Part shown: positions 25,146 to 39,352 of the stretch, in pieces | Layout of the letters: each line of letters begins with the position of its first letter | Position numbering within the stretch: the first letter of the stretch is position 1 | Origin: Basidiobolus meristosporus CBS 931.73 | Taxonomy: Eukaryota > Fungi > Basidiobolomycota | Direction: 5' to 3' | NCBI GenBank assembly: GCA_002104905.1 | Contig: MCFE01000391.1 | Coordinates: 18,821 to 82,820 of the forward strand | Length of the DNA: 64,000 nucleotides | Program-made: the position numbers and the translations under genes | Notes under the pieces: generated by a model | The model's database searches: none | Seen by the model: only the letters and a program-made list of their open reading frames with translations | Told to the model about the DNA's origin: nothing

Positions 25146-28100
25146 TTACAGGAACGGCGACCACCCAGGATAAAGCTGACAGAGCAACTCTGGGTTGGAA
25201 GCACTTGAAATCAGATATGCTACTTGGCCACTTAAGCTCAGAGAGGTTCCCTCCTCCACACCAGTCAGCTTCTCTTTGACGCGGAAGATGGCTCGTTCGG
25301 CCTCTTTATTGCCCTCCTCTTCGTTTTTGCGGAAGGTGAAGGCACCGATGCCTGGATCGCTGTCTTGGCTTTGTGTGGAGTCGCGATGCTCGATTTTCTT
25401 GGCCTTCAGCGGGCTGAGCGACCAGTTGTACAATGGATCGTACTTCAACACCTCGAGGATGGTTAGCAGAGCGGTGCTCTCGTTTCGTAGGACATTCAGT
25501 GTTTCCTCGCAACAACGTCGGAACACCCCTTCGATCCCTGTGCATCCCATAGCATCCACAATATCTCGCGTCAGCCGGAAGGGAACCAGCTCGGGGTATT
25601 TCAACATCTTCCCTTGATCAAACGCGATCCCTAAATCAATATGGATCAACTCGGCGGTGTTTTTATCGATCAGTATGTTCTGCGCGTGGCGATCTCCTAA
25701 TCCAAGGATGTATCCAGTCATCGAGGTAGAGGCCACACTACGTGTGTACGCCAATCTCCGTTCAAACCAAATTTTGGCATCGTGGAAGTTCTCATGGAAG
25801 AAATGTCGAAAGACTGGCCGGAATCTGGGAATGATTTTCTTCGAGAAGACCTGATATTTGGACTTGGCATCGGCTCCTAAAAAAGACCCATCATCAGTAT
25901 ACAGTCAATAGGGTGGTGTGCGTGAGAAATACCTTTACGCTCCAGCTCTTCCATCATCACTTTGCGACATACATTGTACTTCAAATCCTCTGGGTGATAT
26001 GCTGCATGCGCCGGCTGCAAGTAGTTCCCGATGGGGATTGTGTCTTTGACCCACTCTAGAAGGCCCGAAACTGGGCTTAAAGGAATTACGATGTAGGTAC
26101 GAACCCCAAGGTTGCGCTTTCTGGTCGATTTGTTTTTCCTTAGCATATGATCCACTATGGTGAACACTTGCTCCATCACAGCGTCCTGGCGCAGATCGTC
26201 ATTCCCTTTGACCAATTGTTTATAAAGCTGGCCATCGCTGCCTCGACATTCGATTACCTTTGGCATGTTGATGCCGCCCACAACACTATACTTTGGAAGG
26301 AACTCCGATATATACACAAAGTCGCTGTAGACGCAGTCGGGGTTGACAGGCAAGTTCCGAGTAGGAACTGGCACATGCACCAAGTTCTTCAAGGCGCTTA
26401 TCTTCGAATTTCGGTCGAAGGAGATTTGGGAGTTGTAGATCTTCTTTTTGTCCAGGCTTGAAAGGTCTATCCCTGCTAGTTCGATATAACCGTAGCAGAG
26501 CTTCTCGGTGGAAACGTATTTCTCGCGGACGGACGGGATGGTTTTGAGTTTTTCCAGTATCCGCGTCGCCGCATTGATCTTCTTCTCATCGATGGTGGAG
26601 GCGTCCAACTTTCGGTACCGCTTGGAATGGCTGAGGCCCACGTTTCCGTGCCTCAGTGCAAACAGCTGATAGCATGTGTGATGAGGATGATCGATGGCCA
26701 TTCGCTCTATCAATTTGTTTAAGGCAATCTGGAAAGGATCCTGTTCGATATACCGCAGCTCCCGAGAGTCACAACTTATACGAGCAGCAAGCTGATATAT
26801 AAGCGGTATAAACTTGCGAGTTTGCAGACGAGGAGTGTATTTAGCAATCAGAGAGTTGGCATCGATCTGGGCAGCATTTTGGAACCAAAGTGAACAGAGT
26901 CGGAATATCGACATGTCAAATTGGTCATCGTATACTAAGCATTTTAGATAGTGCTCTATAGCAAGAAGTAGATACTCGAGACGATCGTTGAGGGCACGCT
27001 GTATCTTCTGTCGGTCCATGTCCACTTGCACTTGTAACTTTCGCATCTGGACTAGGTACATGGGCTGAGAGGATTTTTCCTTGGAGCTCATTTTGGATAG
27101 TGCAGCCTGGCAGGCCTCGAGCTCTTTCTCCTTGTGCTTAAATAAGGCCTGCGAGGTAGCAAACGCTTGCGAGTTCAACATTGCCTGGTACTGCTCGTCC
27201 ACATATTTAGCCAGGTCAAAAAATGCCCTGCCGCCAACAGAGTCATAAAGAGACTGCACTTCAATGTAATCTACTGCTTTCTTCAGATACTTGTCCATGA
27301 TATTCTGCGGTTGGTCTACCCTGAGGGAAGCCATCCACTTACCAGCTCGACGAAGCATATCCACGATCTCTTGATTCATCACCTCTTTTGCTAGGTTCAA
27401 GGAATTCGTGGATACACTATCTATCAGTTCCTGCAAGGAATCAATGGCTGTGCTGTGTTCCTTCTGTGCCCATAACAATTTGCACTCCTCCAGAGAGATT
27501 TTAACATGGCATCGATCGGCGAAGTCATCTTTTCTATCTCTTAGAATAAACTTGTGCTGGGCAATGGCGTTCGCGGCAAGCTGAAATTGCTTTGCTTTTC
27601 GGGCCATCGATGCGTAGCTAAGAATATGATCTGACAAGTGGTGGTTCAAGGTTTGCAGTGTAGCTGAGCCAGTCGACTTGGAAGTGCCAAGGGATTGGAT
27701 AACATTATCGAGGGTTACGGTACGAAGCGCCAGTAGTTGTTCGACATCAGAGAATTCTGAGTTTGCTAATAAGCCTTCAAGTCGTGACTTCCAAGTGGCA
27801 AGTATGCTGGAAGAGTTGTTCGGGCTTGCGAGCATGAAGCTGCCTTCCTCTATCTCTAGAAATTGAATGATCGACAACAACCCAGAGTGAACGCCCTGTG
27901 CATGTGTTCCATGTTGGACCGCGGCTGAGGTTTCTAACAAGGCTGTGGATACTACTTGGTGTACTTTGGATTTGACACCGTTGCGAATTGCATGTAGTCC
28001 GTGATAAAGTAGCTGATGCGAGGCGGTCCGTTGAGTGGGTTGTTCAAGCGATATGGTCTCGATTTCCCAATTGTTGCTTCGCCAAGCATTCTCGTAACGT

Positions 28101-31100
28101 AGATCAAGTATCTTGCTATCCAACTGATCAGTCTCAAGACTCAACCCCCTCAGATAGACATTCATCAGATGGTTGTATCCTAGATGTTTCAAGGACCCAA
28201 GTATTCCCATATGAATATGAGTGTTGGACTCTGGGTTTTCAATGAACATCTCCTCGCGTACGCTCAAACTCTTCAACCATTGCCCTTCATGCTCATACCT
28301 TTTTATAAACGAGGTGGCTTGCGAAGGCAATTTCACCCCATAAAATCCGTCTGGCTCATCCTGATACTTGTAAGCGCTGAGCAAGAGTTGGTTGACTTTA
28401 GAGAAGTCGAAGTTGCTGGGGAGTTCGTGGGCTTTCTGCACATCATACCAAACCTCCACAAAGATCAAGGAGATCGAGAAATCCCCGCATTTCTGAGCAA
28501 TCTCGGCCATGACCAGATAATCCAAATCAAGCCAAAAATTGTCTTCAAAAGGGTTTCGGCCGTTTGGGATCTTTTGCTTACGCAGGAATACCACAATATC
28601 GAGGATCGTTACAAGCGTTGGCGTCATGTATTTATCAGGCTGACGGGCAATGTCCATGATCTTGTCTGAGAGTAAGGTCCGTACGCGCCCAGGCCCTTCC
28701 TTGAGCTCATCTTCTAAAATGTTGAAGATCAAGTATGGAATGATATTCTCCGAGAAATCGTGGTTATTCTCACACACTGAACCAAGCTGCACCAAAAACT
28801 CGTCTTGAACTTCATGGGATATCAAAGAGCACGCTAAATGCTTCACCCACTTCTGGTGATTTCCAAGTGCTAGCTCCCAGAGCTTGGAGTCCTCTAAGCC
28901 AGGGTAGATGCCCGCGATTTGTCGGAACAGTTTAGATTTTCGATTGCTCCTCGGATAGAAGCTCTCTAACATCCGACGGTTATATTCGCTTACCAATGGG
29001 AAGCAGCTGATACCGGAAGAGGTGGCTAGAATATGCTTTAACGTTTTTGCCGTTATTTGGACCGTTACTATATCCACGTTGGTCAGGAAATCCGAGAGGC
29101 AGGAGAGGATAGCTGCTTTGATTCGAAGTTGAATGTCAGAGTCTTCTTTAGCCATAATCTGCTTTGCAAGATATCGGATACGATTCATGTTTGTCTGAAG
29201 GGCATAGCCTTGCACATTATATGAGGCCAACTGCCCGATACACCTACAACTTTCCAGGAGTATCTGGTTTTGATATACAGAGGGGAACGCACTAGAGCAG
29301 ACCTTAAACAGGGCCGATATCAAGGATTGTATGATGTTCGTATATTCAGGGCGTCTCAGGGTTGTGGGAGCCGTCTTCTGGAGAATCCGATGAATGTGTT
29401 TCAAACCAGCGATAAGTGGAGCTGGATAGGCACATTGCCAGATATTCTGGTACATTTGGAGCAACTGCAAGTTGCTGAAATCAAGGTAGTATCCCTCAGA
29501 GAGCTTCGATAAATCCTTGAATATTTCCTCCTCCGGAAAAGGATAGAGGGTGTTTTCTGAGCTTTCGGTATAAGCAAGGCCACATTGAACATTTGACACC
29601 ATGCAGCGATGCAAGAAAGCGACTAGTGACTCGACACGACTCGATATATCATAGCGGTCTTGGCACTCAGAGCATCTTGGTTCAGAAGTGCTATGGTACA
29701 TATCGTAGCAGCATTGCGTCAACGAGTTAATAAGCGTGAATAGGTTCAGTGTTAATTCTGGTGACTTGAACGCAAGGACCTGATCTCGAACAAAGACCAG
29801 TATCTCAAACGAGTCGTCATACAACTCCGGTGTTCTGATAAGATTGGAGAAAGTTAGAGTCAGCTCTCGCAGAATGAGCGGTTGCTGGATATGCTCGGGA
29901 GTAAGAGATATTAAAAGGCGATAGGCGCCCAAAAGCCTTTTCTTCTCCAGAACCATCCTAGTGGATTCCACAAATCGACGCAACCCCAGTAAAATTTTAT
30001 ACATACGCGCAGGCGTGAGTATTGCTTGGACCTCAACCTTGAGCAAATCTGCGATATAGGAGATGCAGTAATATATCGTGACCTCGTCACGATTGAGGAA
30101 ACACGGCTCCAACTGGCAATGGGGCCCTTTAGGCTTGAGTTTCTTGCATCGCATCAAAATCTCGTTGGACTTCAGGATGCTGGATGCCGGTAGATCATCG
30201 TTCACAGTGGATAGCAGGTTCAGTATCATCGCCTCGATATTGCGACGGAACTCGAAATTAAATTGCTCAGGCTCAAATACCTGTCGTAGATAACCATCTA
30301 GCACATTCGTGAACGACTCTGGATTTTCAGAATACAAAAGTGGGAGGATGTATCCGAATATTCTATCAAAGCAGCTTCTCAAAAGATCGGGTATCTCAAC
30401 CGCCAACGTAGTTGCAATAAGTGAGATGGCATCTCGATCATTCACAAGAACAAGTTGAGCCGTAAGTTCATCGCGGACATCGCTGCAGAAATCTCTGAAT
30501 GATTCGTACCCAAAGATGTTGAAGGGAAATTCGAGGATGTCATTGGATTTAACCCACTTCGAAAGGATAAAGGGTAGGAACTCGAAAAGCACGTTCCTTG
30601 CTTTCGGGCCATAGTTTAGTTCGCATGCGATAGAGCTTAGCGTCCGAGCTATTACTTGGCAATATTGACTATTGTGAGCCCCAGCACCACCTTCAATCAG
30701 ATGATGGATCCCAGTTTTGCGTATTTCTGGGCAAATCGTACACACGTTGGACACCGTAATAAGTCTGGTAAGGCCATGCTCATACAACTTGGGGTGAGAG
30801 AGAACATGCGATTTGACGGTCTCGAAAAGCTTTGAAGAATTTTGTTGGCGGCTTCTTTCTAAGGTGGCAGCGTGATCAGTATACTGTGGCGATAGCTCTT
30901 TGCCCTGGAAGAACCAAGTAATCTTCCGAGAAATGTAAACTCGAACGGTAAAGTCTTGATCCTCAAGCATTTGGAAAACTAAACCTCGAGGCGTGTATCC
31001 ATCTTGGATGAGCAATTCGTTGCTTCCGTTTGATTCTAGGTAACTCATGGCAAACCCACATAATTCTAATCGCACTTTCCACCAGAGCATACTCTTTCTC

Positions 31101-34100
31101 CACTGACGAACAAACCATCCGAAGAACTTTTCTACGCTTCTAACTATCGTCTCATCCTCCAACTGCGGATTCTCTTCCACAAGACTCATACTGACGACCA
31201 TAGCTGGCGTCAAAAGTCGTAAGCATCTTAAAACAGCTATGTAGGCGAGTTGATCTTTCTGGTATCGTAGGTCAACCAAAACTTTGCTGCATAATTCGCA
31301 CAGATCGCAAACAAGACTCTTGCTTATCGCTCTGGAAATAGTGGACGGCTTCAAGCGTTCTAGCCAGTCGCATACCAAAGAGATGATCTCTACTGGATCT
31401 TTGTCGTCTGAATCCGTCACAACAATATGCTGCAAGTGTTTAAGAATCATATCGTGAACTGGCTGCCACGGGCTAGCATGCTGGGAGAACAAAGGGGGGT
31501 CACTTTGAATACGTACGAAGAGCGACTCTTGAATATGCAATAATATCTGGAAAGCATCCAGAAGTAGCCTTCTCCCAAGAGGGATTGGACGTGTACCATA
31601 ATATTCAAGTGATGGGTTTGTAGTCACCAAGGTAGGGCCAGACTTAGTGGAGCTACTAGTGGAGTTCACAAACTCATCCTCAAAATCCATGGTGTTTGAT
31701 TTCTTTGTGAATCCCTTGTGAGACTTGGCATGGCCGGCAGTTTCCTCAAGTAAAGAGATTTCAACAAGACAATTACAAATAAACTGTAGCAGGGTGGGAT
31801 TCATCAACTGCAATTTCCACAGGGATCCATCAGCCCTGAGAGTTGAGGGCGGCATTAATTCAGGTATCACCACTTGTTGCCAAACTTGTCGTTCAGCGTA
31901 GGCCTCGATGTTTTTAACTTCGAAATGGGTCTTAAGAGTCTGAGTGATTGCCGTTAGATAGTGTGGCTGGCTGGATAACTGTCGAACTGCTTGATGAAGC
32001 AGGCTCCACAACGCATTCATCTCATCCATCAAGGGATCCTGTAACAGCAGCTCATACGTCGTTACCTCCATGTTGACTAGGATCTTCGCGATCCGATTGA
32101 AAAGAGTCGAAATTTGAATGCTAAACATAAGGCTTTGGCACAACTGAGCGAGCAAAGTGGCTTCGAAGGTTTCCGGATCTCTGATCAAGCGAGAGAATCG
32201 TCTGATCCGGCTATGGGTGGTAGAGAAAGTCTTAGCAAACAATGCACAGAGTTCGTGACATAACTTCGGCCCGAATTCTGAGCGATGGCTACTGGCATCT
32301 TTATCGCTTACGTCAGAGGTGTTTTTAGATCTTTGCGTGCCAGTCACGTTCAACGGCCCACTATCGAGAAGCTCCCGCAGAGCAGTAACGTCTCGTAAAC
32401 GTTTCTCAAACAAGATATCGGTAGATGCTATCTCTTGTAGTTGGCCAATTCTATAGTAACCCTGGATCTTGATGCGATTCTCAATCAGAATTTCTTGGTT
32501 TATGTCCCGGTCCGACTCGTGCTCTTCGGGAACTTCGCGGTCGGAAAGATATCCTTGTCGTTCAGCATGAGCCTGCAAAAACGGCACTATCAAGGCCTCC
32601 ACGCACATCTCGATATCATTGATTGGCGCGGCCTGGAACGATTGAGTACTATCCTCTGAAGATTGGACGTCAGATACGAATCTACGTTGTTGCACCATGT
32701 GAGTAAAGATCCACTTAAGCCAGTCGGCATCTCTAGTTTGCTTCGAAGATGAAGCATCTAGGCTATGAGAAAATATATCAAACGAAACTATAGCGGAATA
32801 ATTGGTCAATAGAACTATGAGATTATCCGTGAAGTTCCGCTGCTTCGTTGGTCGCTGATCTTCGATTTCAAGCCCACCTTCTGCCAGGTTCTGACTCAGA
32901 AGCAGAGACACGAGTTTAGATATCTCCTTCCGCGAAGAAGTCATTTCCACGCTGGGTACAAGCTGACTGATCATCAAGGTATTCAAGATTAAGACTGCGG
33001 CTCCACCGACATACAACGAGGTGACCTTTTGTAATGCCTGATGCCACACTCGAATCCACATTGATGAGGAGCTTGATGAGGCTTCGTATAGTTCGAGTAC
33101 GTTACATGGCTTTTGAGTTGTTTCCTGAGATGATGCCGGCAGTTTTCGGCATACCCACTTGGAGAATGCCATAGAAGATTCGGCGAAGGTCTTTAGGCAG
33201 AGTAAGCTCCAGAATAAGGTAGTGTGATCTTCGCTAGACAGCAACTCAATCACAAGCTCCGGAATGGAATGTATATTCCGACTTGAGCAAGCATTTGCGA
33301 GATGTCCCAAAAGAGACGATGGGATGGAGATGATTCTATGAGGATACTTTTCGTTAATTGACATGAAAACCTGAAGTAGTGAGACTAATAGCCCGCTATT
33401 ATGTGACGATGTATGCGACAGAGTCTTGATGACTTCGTACAACACGGGAAATGTGTCTGATACAGGTGCATCACTTTTGGCCCGCTTATTTGATGAAAAC
33501 TCTTCATGCAGAGCCCGTTTTCCGCTGGACGTTGGGACAGTTGTTGAGAATATTGAGGCAGAATGTAGCTTTTGCTGTGTCTTGCTATCAGACCCCCGGT
33601 CAGAGAGCCATCTCCATTGCTCCACCAAGATGAGCTGATTGAAGACATCTGCGATAAAATCCATGCACACCCAACGCCAGCCTACCTGGTCGTCAGTGCT
33701 CTTCATAGCCCAGGTATATACTTGAGGCTCGCTAGGGCGACTCCTAAATGGAGTATGAGTACCGAAAGTTAACCCCAAACTCTCATTGGTCTGAGCAACA
33801 GGATGGGATTTATTCCCGGTGGATGGCGCTGTCGAGAGTAAAGAAGTGAAGTTGAAAGAGTACGCGCGGCCAAGCAGCGGGTTGACCGATTCGTTTCTGC
33901 TTTTCGCGAGATCGTCTTGAATGCATCTATAAACATCATACAGTCTATCGAGTGTCTCCTCGTTTAACGAATCAACACTCAAATGCTCTCCGCCTAGGGT
34001 GTGAGGGTCCACGCAGGTGTAGATTTGATTAAACTGGAGACGAGTGAAGCATATAAGCTCCATCTTGACAGCAAGGGTCTTCGTACTCCACAGCGAAACA

Positions 34101-35161
34101 ATAATGTTGTGGAAGAGCAAAGAGAATTCACGAGACACATCGTTGTCGTTTAGGGTTAACTCGCATATCACGCTGTTTACGGCCGAAAGAATCAATGGCG
34201 TGGTATTGGTTTCACGTGGATAACAATAGAAGTAAGTTAAGAACAGGCACAAGATGTTAAACCCATAATCCCGGACCCAATCATACGTGGATGCGACCAG
34301 CAAACAAATGATCTTTGCAACCTCAACCTCGGCTAGATTGGTGCCTAATTGCTGTGTGCGAGCTTTGGTTCGATACCTCGACTGAGGCTTCTTCGGAGAA
34401 ATATTAGAATACGCGCTAAACATGCCTTTCAAAGCGGTGTTCGGCTTTGAGTAATCAGAAGAATGGGGCGATTCTATATCTGATTCAACGTCGGTTTCGT
34501 CCGAGCTGAAATCAATGGGCTCCGATCTTAGAGGTCGAGAATGGTTTGCTTTCGCTGTCTGTGTTGAAGTAAGGTCTTTTTCGCCAATAAGGGTACTGCC
34601 AAACAAATAAATGAGGTTGTCCCACAATGTTCTAGAGAGTTTGTCGCGATATGGTCTATGCACGAGGATATAATTAGCCAATGCTTTTGAGTAATCTAAT
34701 AAAAATGGAGTAAAAATATCCAGATTTTGTCTGGTTGCATCGGGAGCAAACGAAGAGTTTTTGAATGGTTGCTCATCCGAAAAGCTCTCTCTGTTAAGCC
34801 ACAGCGTGGCGATTATATGCGAATATACGTCACGAATGATTCGGTAGAGTGGCTGAGCAGAATTACTATGACAAACTTTTAAAATCCACCGGAAATCCGC
34901 GCCTAATTGTTTGAATCTAGTGGGTACCGAAGCAGTACTTAACGGGGCTGAGCCGAGTTTTTTTAGAAAATCACGCTGCTCCAGCTCGACTAAACCCATG
35001 TACTCCAGAACCACATGTTCCCAAGTCTCTTGGTCTATATGAGGTAGATTCGATTCGATGGAAAGGAGCTCCTTCAATTGATTAACGCTTTCGGTTCGCT
35101 TTTTGATGACTCGGGAGCCAAAACCAGTACAGCAATGAGAAATGCTACTTGCCAAGGACAT
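25146..35161 (-). CDS. TEL1: ATM/Tel1 PIKK serine/threonine kinase, 3319 aa, 2 exons
   Basis: N-terminal TAN-like motif, FAT region, kinase motifs KGNDDLRQDAVMEQVF and GLGDRHAQNILID...HIDLG, FATC ending LYPGWSPFL. One intron 25877-25932 restores the frame (9960 nt CDS). Confidence 0.97.
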
Positions 35162-35753
35162 TGTTGTACCGACGCATATATATCAGTATCTTGCGACACG
35201 GACGTTGAGAAAGCAGATTCTCTAATGGAATACAACTTTAAGTGTGCAATCGAAGTCGACAGAGCTCACAAGGAAAACGCTGCCGCAATAAAGGTAAATA
35301 TTTACAAGTGTATTGCTGTATAGTTAGAAATCAAGCAAAACGGCACCGGCTACTGAGGATATTCACAACCACATCAAGTGTTTACTTTTCGAAGACAATT
35401 GACCCAATCAATATTTGGGGTGTGAAAAAAACGCGCACCAATATCAACTTCTGGTTAGTTAACACAGGGGCCTGACTCTACTATTCAACCAGATACGATT
35501 GAGAGTCACAAAGCTAGGGTTTGTACTCTTTCGGGAATATTCACATGTTTATTCGATATGTACATAGTATTAACAGAAGACAAACAATCAAGGCCAAACA
35601 GATATCTCAAACATCGGTTGACAATTATAGAGGCCTATTAAGATTACATGTGCAATAAGACATCGGCTTACAACGATACGAGATTCATAATTGAGCAATG
35701 AAAACTGATCCACTATTGAAGTACGATTTTACCAGCTACTATTAAGGGCAGAA

Positions 35754-37209
35754 TTATCCAAGGATCGGCAAGAACTGTATATCAACCAAGAGTTAGTTCA
35801 GAAGCAAGGTGCATGCGAATGACAAAGATTACTTACATTGCCGACAATGGCGAGAGGAATGTCGAATATGTCCCTTTTGAATGTAAAGCAAAAAGCGCAC
35901 GGGACTATCCGACCAGTGGGGGTGATGAGATTGCACTTTGTTTTGACTGATTGTTCGGAATTGTCAAATGCATGTGTAGCAAAATGTTCCCAATAGTTGA
36001 TTGCTGACACGTTATCCATGAGCTGAGGAGGCGGGTTAGTATTTGCGCTAACGAATAGCAGGGCTCAGGTCCGTACCTCATAAATGTATGTCGGCTTACT
36101 AAATAAGTCCTCTTTAGACCACTGGGTTAGTAATGAGAACTCTTTTCCTGCCAAGGCTATTTGACCTGTACGACGCCATACAACCGTAGGGGTTCCCGAA
36201 AAGCTGATCAATTTCTCGAACTCCTGGTACCGTAAAATAATTGATTAGCTTGTCGGCTGATCTACAGAGAACCGATGGCAATACTAACCAGTAGAATTCT
36301 CTGGAAACTTTTCTCCATGTAAATCATGTCCTCTTCGGTTAGGTTTCTGATAAGCGCGATGAATGAAGGACGAAAGGAGGTGAACGCTTTACAGACGCGA
36401 ATGATTTCTTCTTTCGTCATTCTAAGCAAGTCGTCAGGATCCGGTATAAAATTATGTTTGGTTAAGTTGGTCACTCACCTTTCCTTGATATAGCGAAACA
36501 AATAATGATATCCCTCAATGTAGTTGAAGGGGGCAGTTGGGTTGTGATATATAGCACTCACGGCCGGCACGACGTTCATCAGATTGGGGCTTCTTTGCAT
36601 TATATTTCCGATAGCTAGTAAATCGCTGTTCGCATCTGCGCCAAGGGCAGTGTTCCAGGCGGCATCCGACACACTCTCACTAGGATTGGCCAGCATGTTG
36701 CTCAAGACAGAATATTCAAGATTGAGTGCCTCAGATCCAAAACCGCAGCTTTGTGTGGGTGATAGGCTGTAAGGTGAGGAGTTTATGATAGGGGTAGCTA
36801 AAGCAAAGAATTACCAGTCAGATGAAAAAGCCTAGGATGGGCTGGATAATCATGGAAACATACCCCCGCCACCAATATCTTGCAAATATTTCGCTTTTTT
36901 TCGATGCCCGTCTCGACAGGTAGCAGCCAAGTTGCGTTTTATACAACGTTGACAAGGTCGGGCTTTAAGAGCTCCATTAGTAACTGGGTGCTTTGAAAGG
37001 AGAACAAAGAGCTTACAATCATCACAGGTTAAATGGGCCTTTTGACAGTGGAAGCAAGCACGAGCGGTTTTCCTTCTCTTGGCGAGTTTTGTTTGATCGG
37101 TGTCAGGACTGTGGGTGATTGGTTGTTGATTGGGAGAGGAGCTGGTAGAAGTTGTCGATATCGGCGAGTTAGCGGTTTCGTAAATAGGGTTTGAAGCCAC
37201 CTGTGCCAT
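35754..37209 (-). CDS. ERT1: Zn2Cys6 plus PAS-like gluconeogenesis regulator (Ert1/AcuK family), multi-exon
   Basis: [15 protein letters not shown]|[27 protein letters not shown]; [14 protein letters not shown]; [14 protein letters not shown]; [22 protein letters not shown]|FLPILG*. Introns include 36963-37016, 36798-36863 and 36424-36478. Confidence 0.88.
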
Positions 37210-38908
37210 ACTGAATAGTTAGAACACTTTCTATATCAAAGATGATTCTTCGGGAAGACACGGAGTGTTGAGAAAATAATAAAATATTGATAAGAAAGCA
37301 CAGCTAAAAAAAACTCATCAGAAAAAAAGAGCCTATGGGATTTTAAACAACACTGAATAGGCTAATAATACCCAAGCCATGTGATCATATCACCGGAGGG
37401 ATCCTAGATCATGGTCACGCCTGAGCCAAGAGCGCACACTATATTCAATCCACAGCACTTACCTGATTCAGGTAATTGTACACCGGTGTTGTATGGAGGG
37501 GTTAGTCACGAATGTGTAACTCAGGATTCGAATCACTGAGTACTCTGCTCGAGACCCTTAATAATTCCCTGTGCTGATGGATAAGGAGTGGTGATGATTA
37601 CGATATATTTCACTGTAATCTTCGCACATATTCCATTGTGATGAGAGCTGAGGCAGTCTTACCTTTTGAATTGCCGGTTGCACATGTAGCATGACTCATG
37701 TACATATGACCATCACCGCCAAAACCCCTTCTAACTACTGTGCTCCAACAACTGGCAAGCGATGCTACCACAAGGGCACTCAGGGTACATAGGGGATTCG
37801 TCAGCTTCGATCGATGATAAAGAAGCTCGCAGGCATTCTCCCCAGCACCGGGGAAGTGACCGAGATTGCTGAATCGATTTCTGGTAGATGGCCGCTGGTA
37901 CTGCGCTCACATGTGAGGCGGCATTGGAGAGTGACCATTCATTTTAGTGCAGTTTCACTCTTCGACATCAATCTCTCAAGTAATACCGCAATCAGCTCCT
38001 GCTCCAAACGTTTGTCTAGTAATTCGCAACTGACAGCTTCGATGCTGCTGATGGTGGCTGATACGGTCGCACTAAATCAGGTCTAACTTTGACACCTGAT
38101 GATCACACGCATTGCTTGTGTTTAAGTAGATCTTGATTGGCTTGAAGATGGTCTTACCGTGTGAGCGATCAGGTTGCGAGGATAAGAATCTTTGCACCAG
38201 CAGTTACCCAAGTAGACTCCCTCTCAACAATCTCTGTGCCTACCAACGCCACTGCAGCAAGTATAGAAATCTGAGCCACGCCCAAGGTTTACAGCCGCAG
38301 CGGGATGGTATCGGTGAAGGCATTCTTGACACTATTTCAAGACTGGGATAGGCCGCTCACTGGCTTCTGATAGCTTGGATACATGCAGATGCAGAAACAA
38401 TTCAAAATGGACAACCATTAGCCTGATTGACTCTGAAACACTAGGTTACTTGATGATCTGGTTAGGCAGGGGTTGGGACACTGGCACTCTATCATGATCC
38501 TTCGATGGGTAAGCCCCCAAGAATTAATTGCGATTTGAAGAATGGGTGAGAACCCGCAATGGAAACTGATGATCTAGTCTAGATGTTTAGTTTTGCTCAA
38601 TCCAGGATAGTGCGCCAATGAAGTAGACATTGGTATTTTGATTCCTATTCCAGCTCACAATAGCCGTGTATGTGTACTATTCTGGAATTGCAAATAAAGC
38701 TTCACCCACATCTTTCCAGAATCACATATGCCTCCAATATACTCGGATACCGCACTAACGGCAAAGGCCAGCTTTTATTTTATGTGTTCGTCTCATTTTG
38801 CTAAGAATGACGGCCAATAATGTGCTGTCGGAATCATCACTCTATAGGATTGCAATGATGCAGAAAGTTATGGGTACAGGTAAGGGGCAATCCTATCGGC
38901 TGTTCGTG

Positions 38909-39352
38909 TTATAATAACAGAGCAGCAACTCCGCTGGAGATCAAGGCCACATACTCGATAGCTAGCCATGTCCTACTACCGGCATCGGTAAGAATATTAA
39001 CGTTGGAGCTCTTGGTTGGCTTGGGGGCAGTTGTCGAGTATGTTTGAGACTCAAGTGGCACATCTTTGCATTGTTTTTCTTGTTCGGCTGCTTGGCAAGT
39101 GTTTAGTGCTGCGGTTACATTGGCGTCTTGGCGACAGTATTGTGTGCAAAAGACAAACTCTTTAGCCTGCATACAGTTACACTGCAAGTCACTCACACTA
39201 CATAATTTATTCAGGGCATTGCTTCGACAAAGGTTGTAGGTAGCAGGATCCTCACAGGCGCTAGTCTGAGACAGAGCTGGTAAACAGGAGGTGGCTGCTA
39301 GACTTGTTCCAACAAAGGTAGCAAGAGGAAGGAGAACGTATGTTAGCCTCAT
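38909..39352 (-). CDS. Small secreted Cys-rich, probably GPI-anchored protein (CFEM-like), 147 aa
   Basis: Signal peptide MRLTYVLLPLATFVGTSLA, 10 Cys including CxxxDxxCxC, Ser/Thr linker, hydrophobic C-terminal tail. Confidence 0.85.
   Translation of the reverse strand: MRLTYVLLPLATFVGTSLAATSCLPALSQTSACEDPATYNLCRSNALNKLCSVSDLQCNCMQAKEFVFCTQYCRQDANVTAALNTCQAAEQEKQCKDVPLESQTYSTTAPKPTKSSNVNILTDAGSRTWLAIEYVALISSGVAALLL

Noticed and set aside
25195-33772. Many 60-161 aa plus-strand ORFs
   Set aside because: Antisense or alternate frames inside ATM/Tel1, with no independent coding signal.
37456-37620. ACTTACCTG start resembling U1 snRNA, and a B-box-like ATTCGAATC
   Set aside because: No U1A loop (ATTGCAC), no Sm site and no tRNA cloverleaf.
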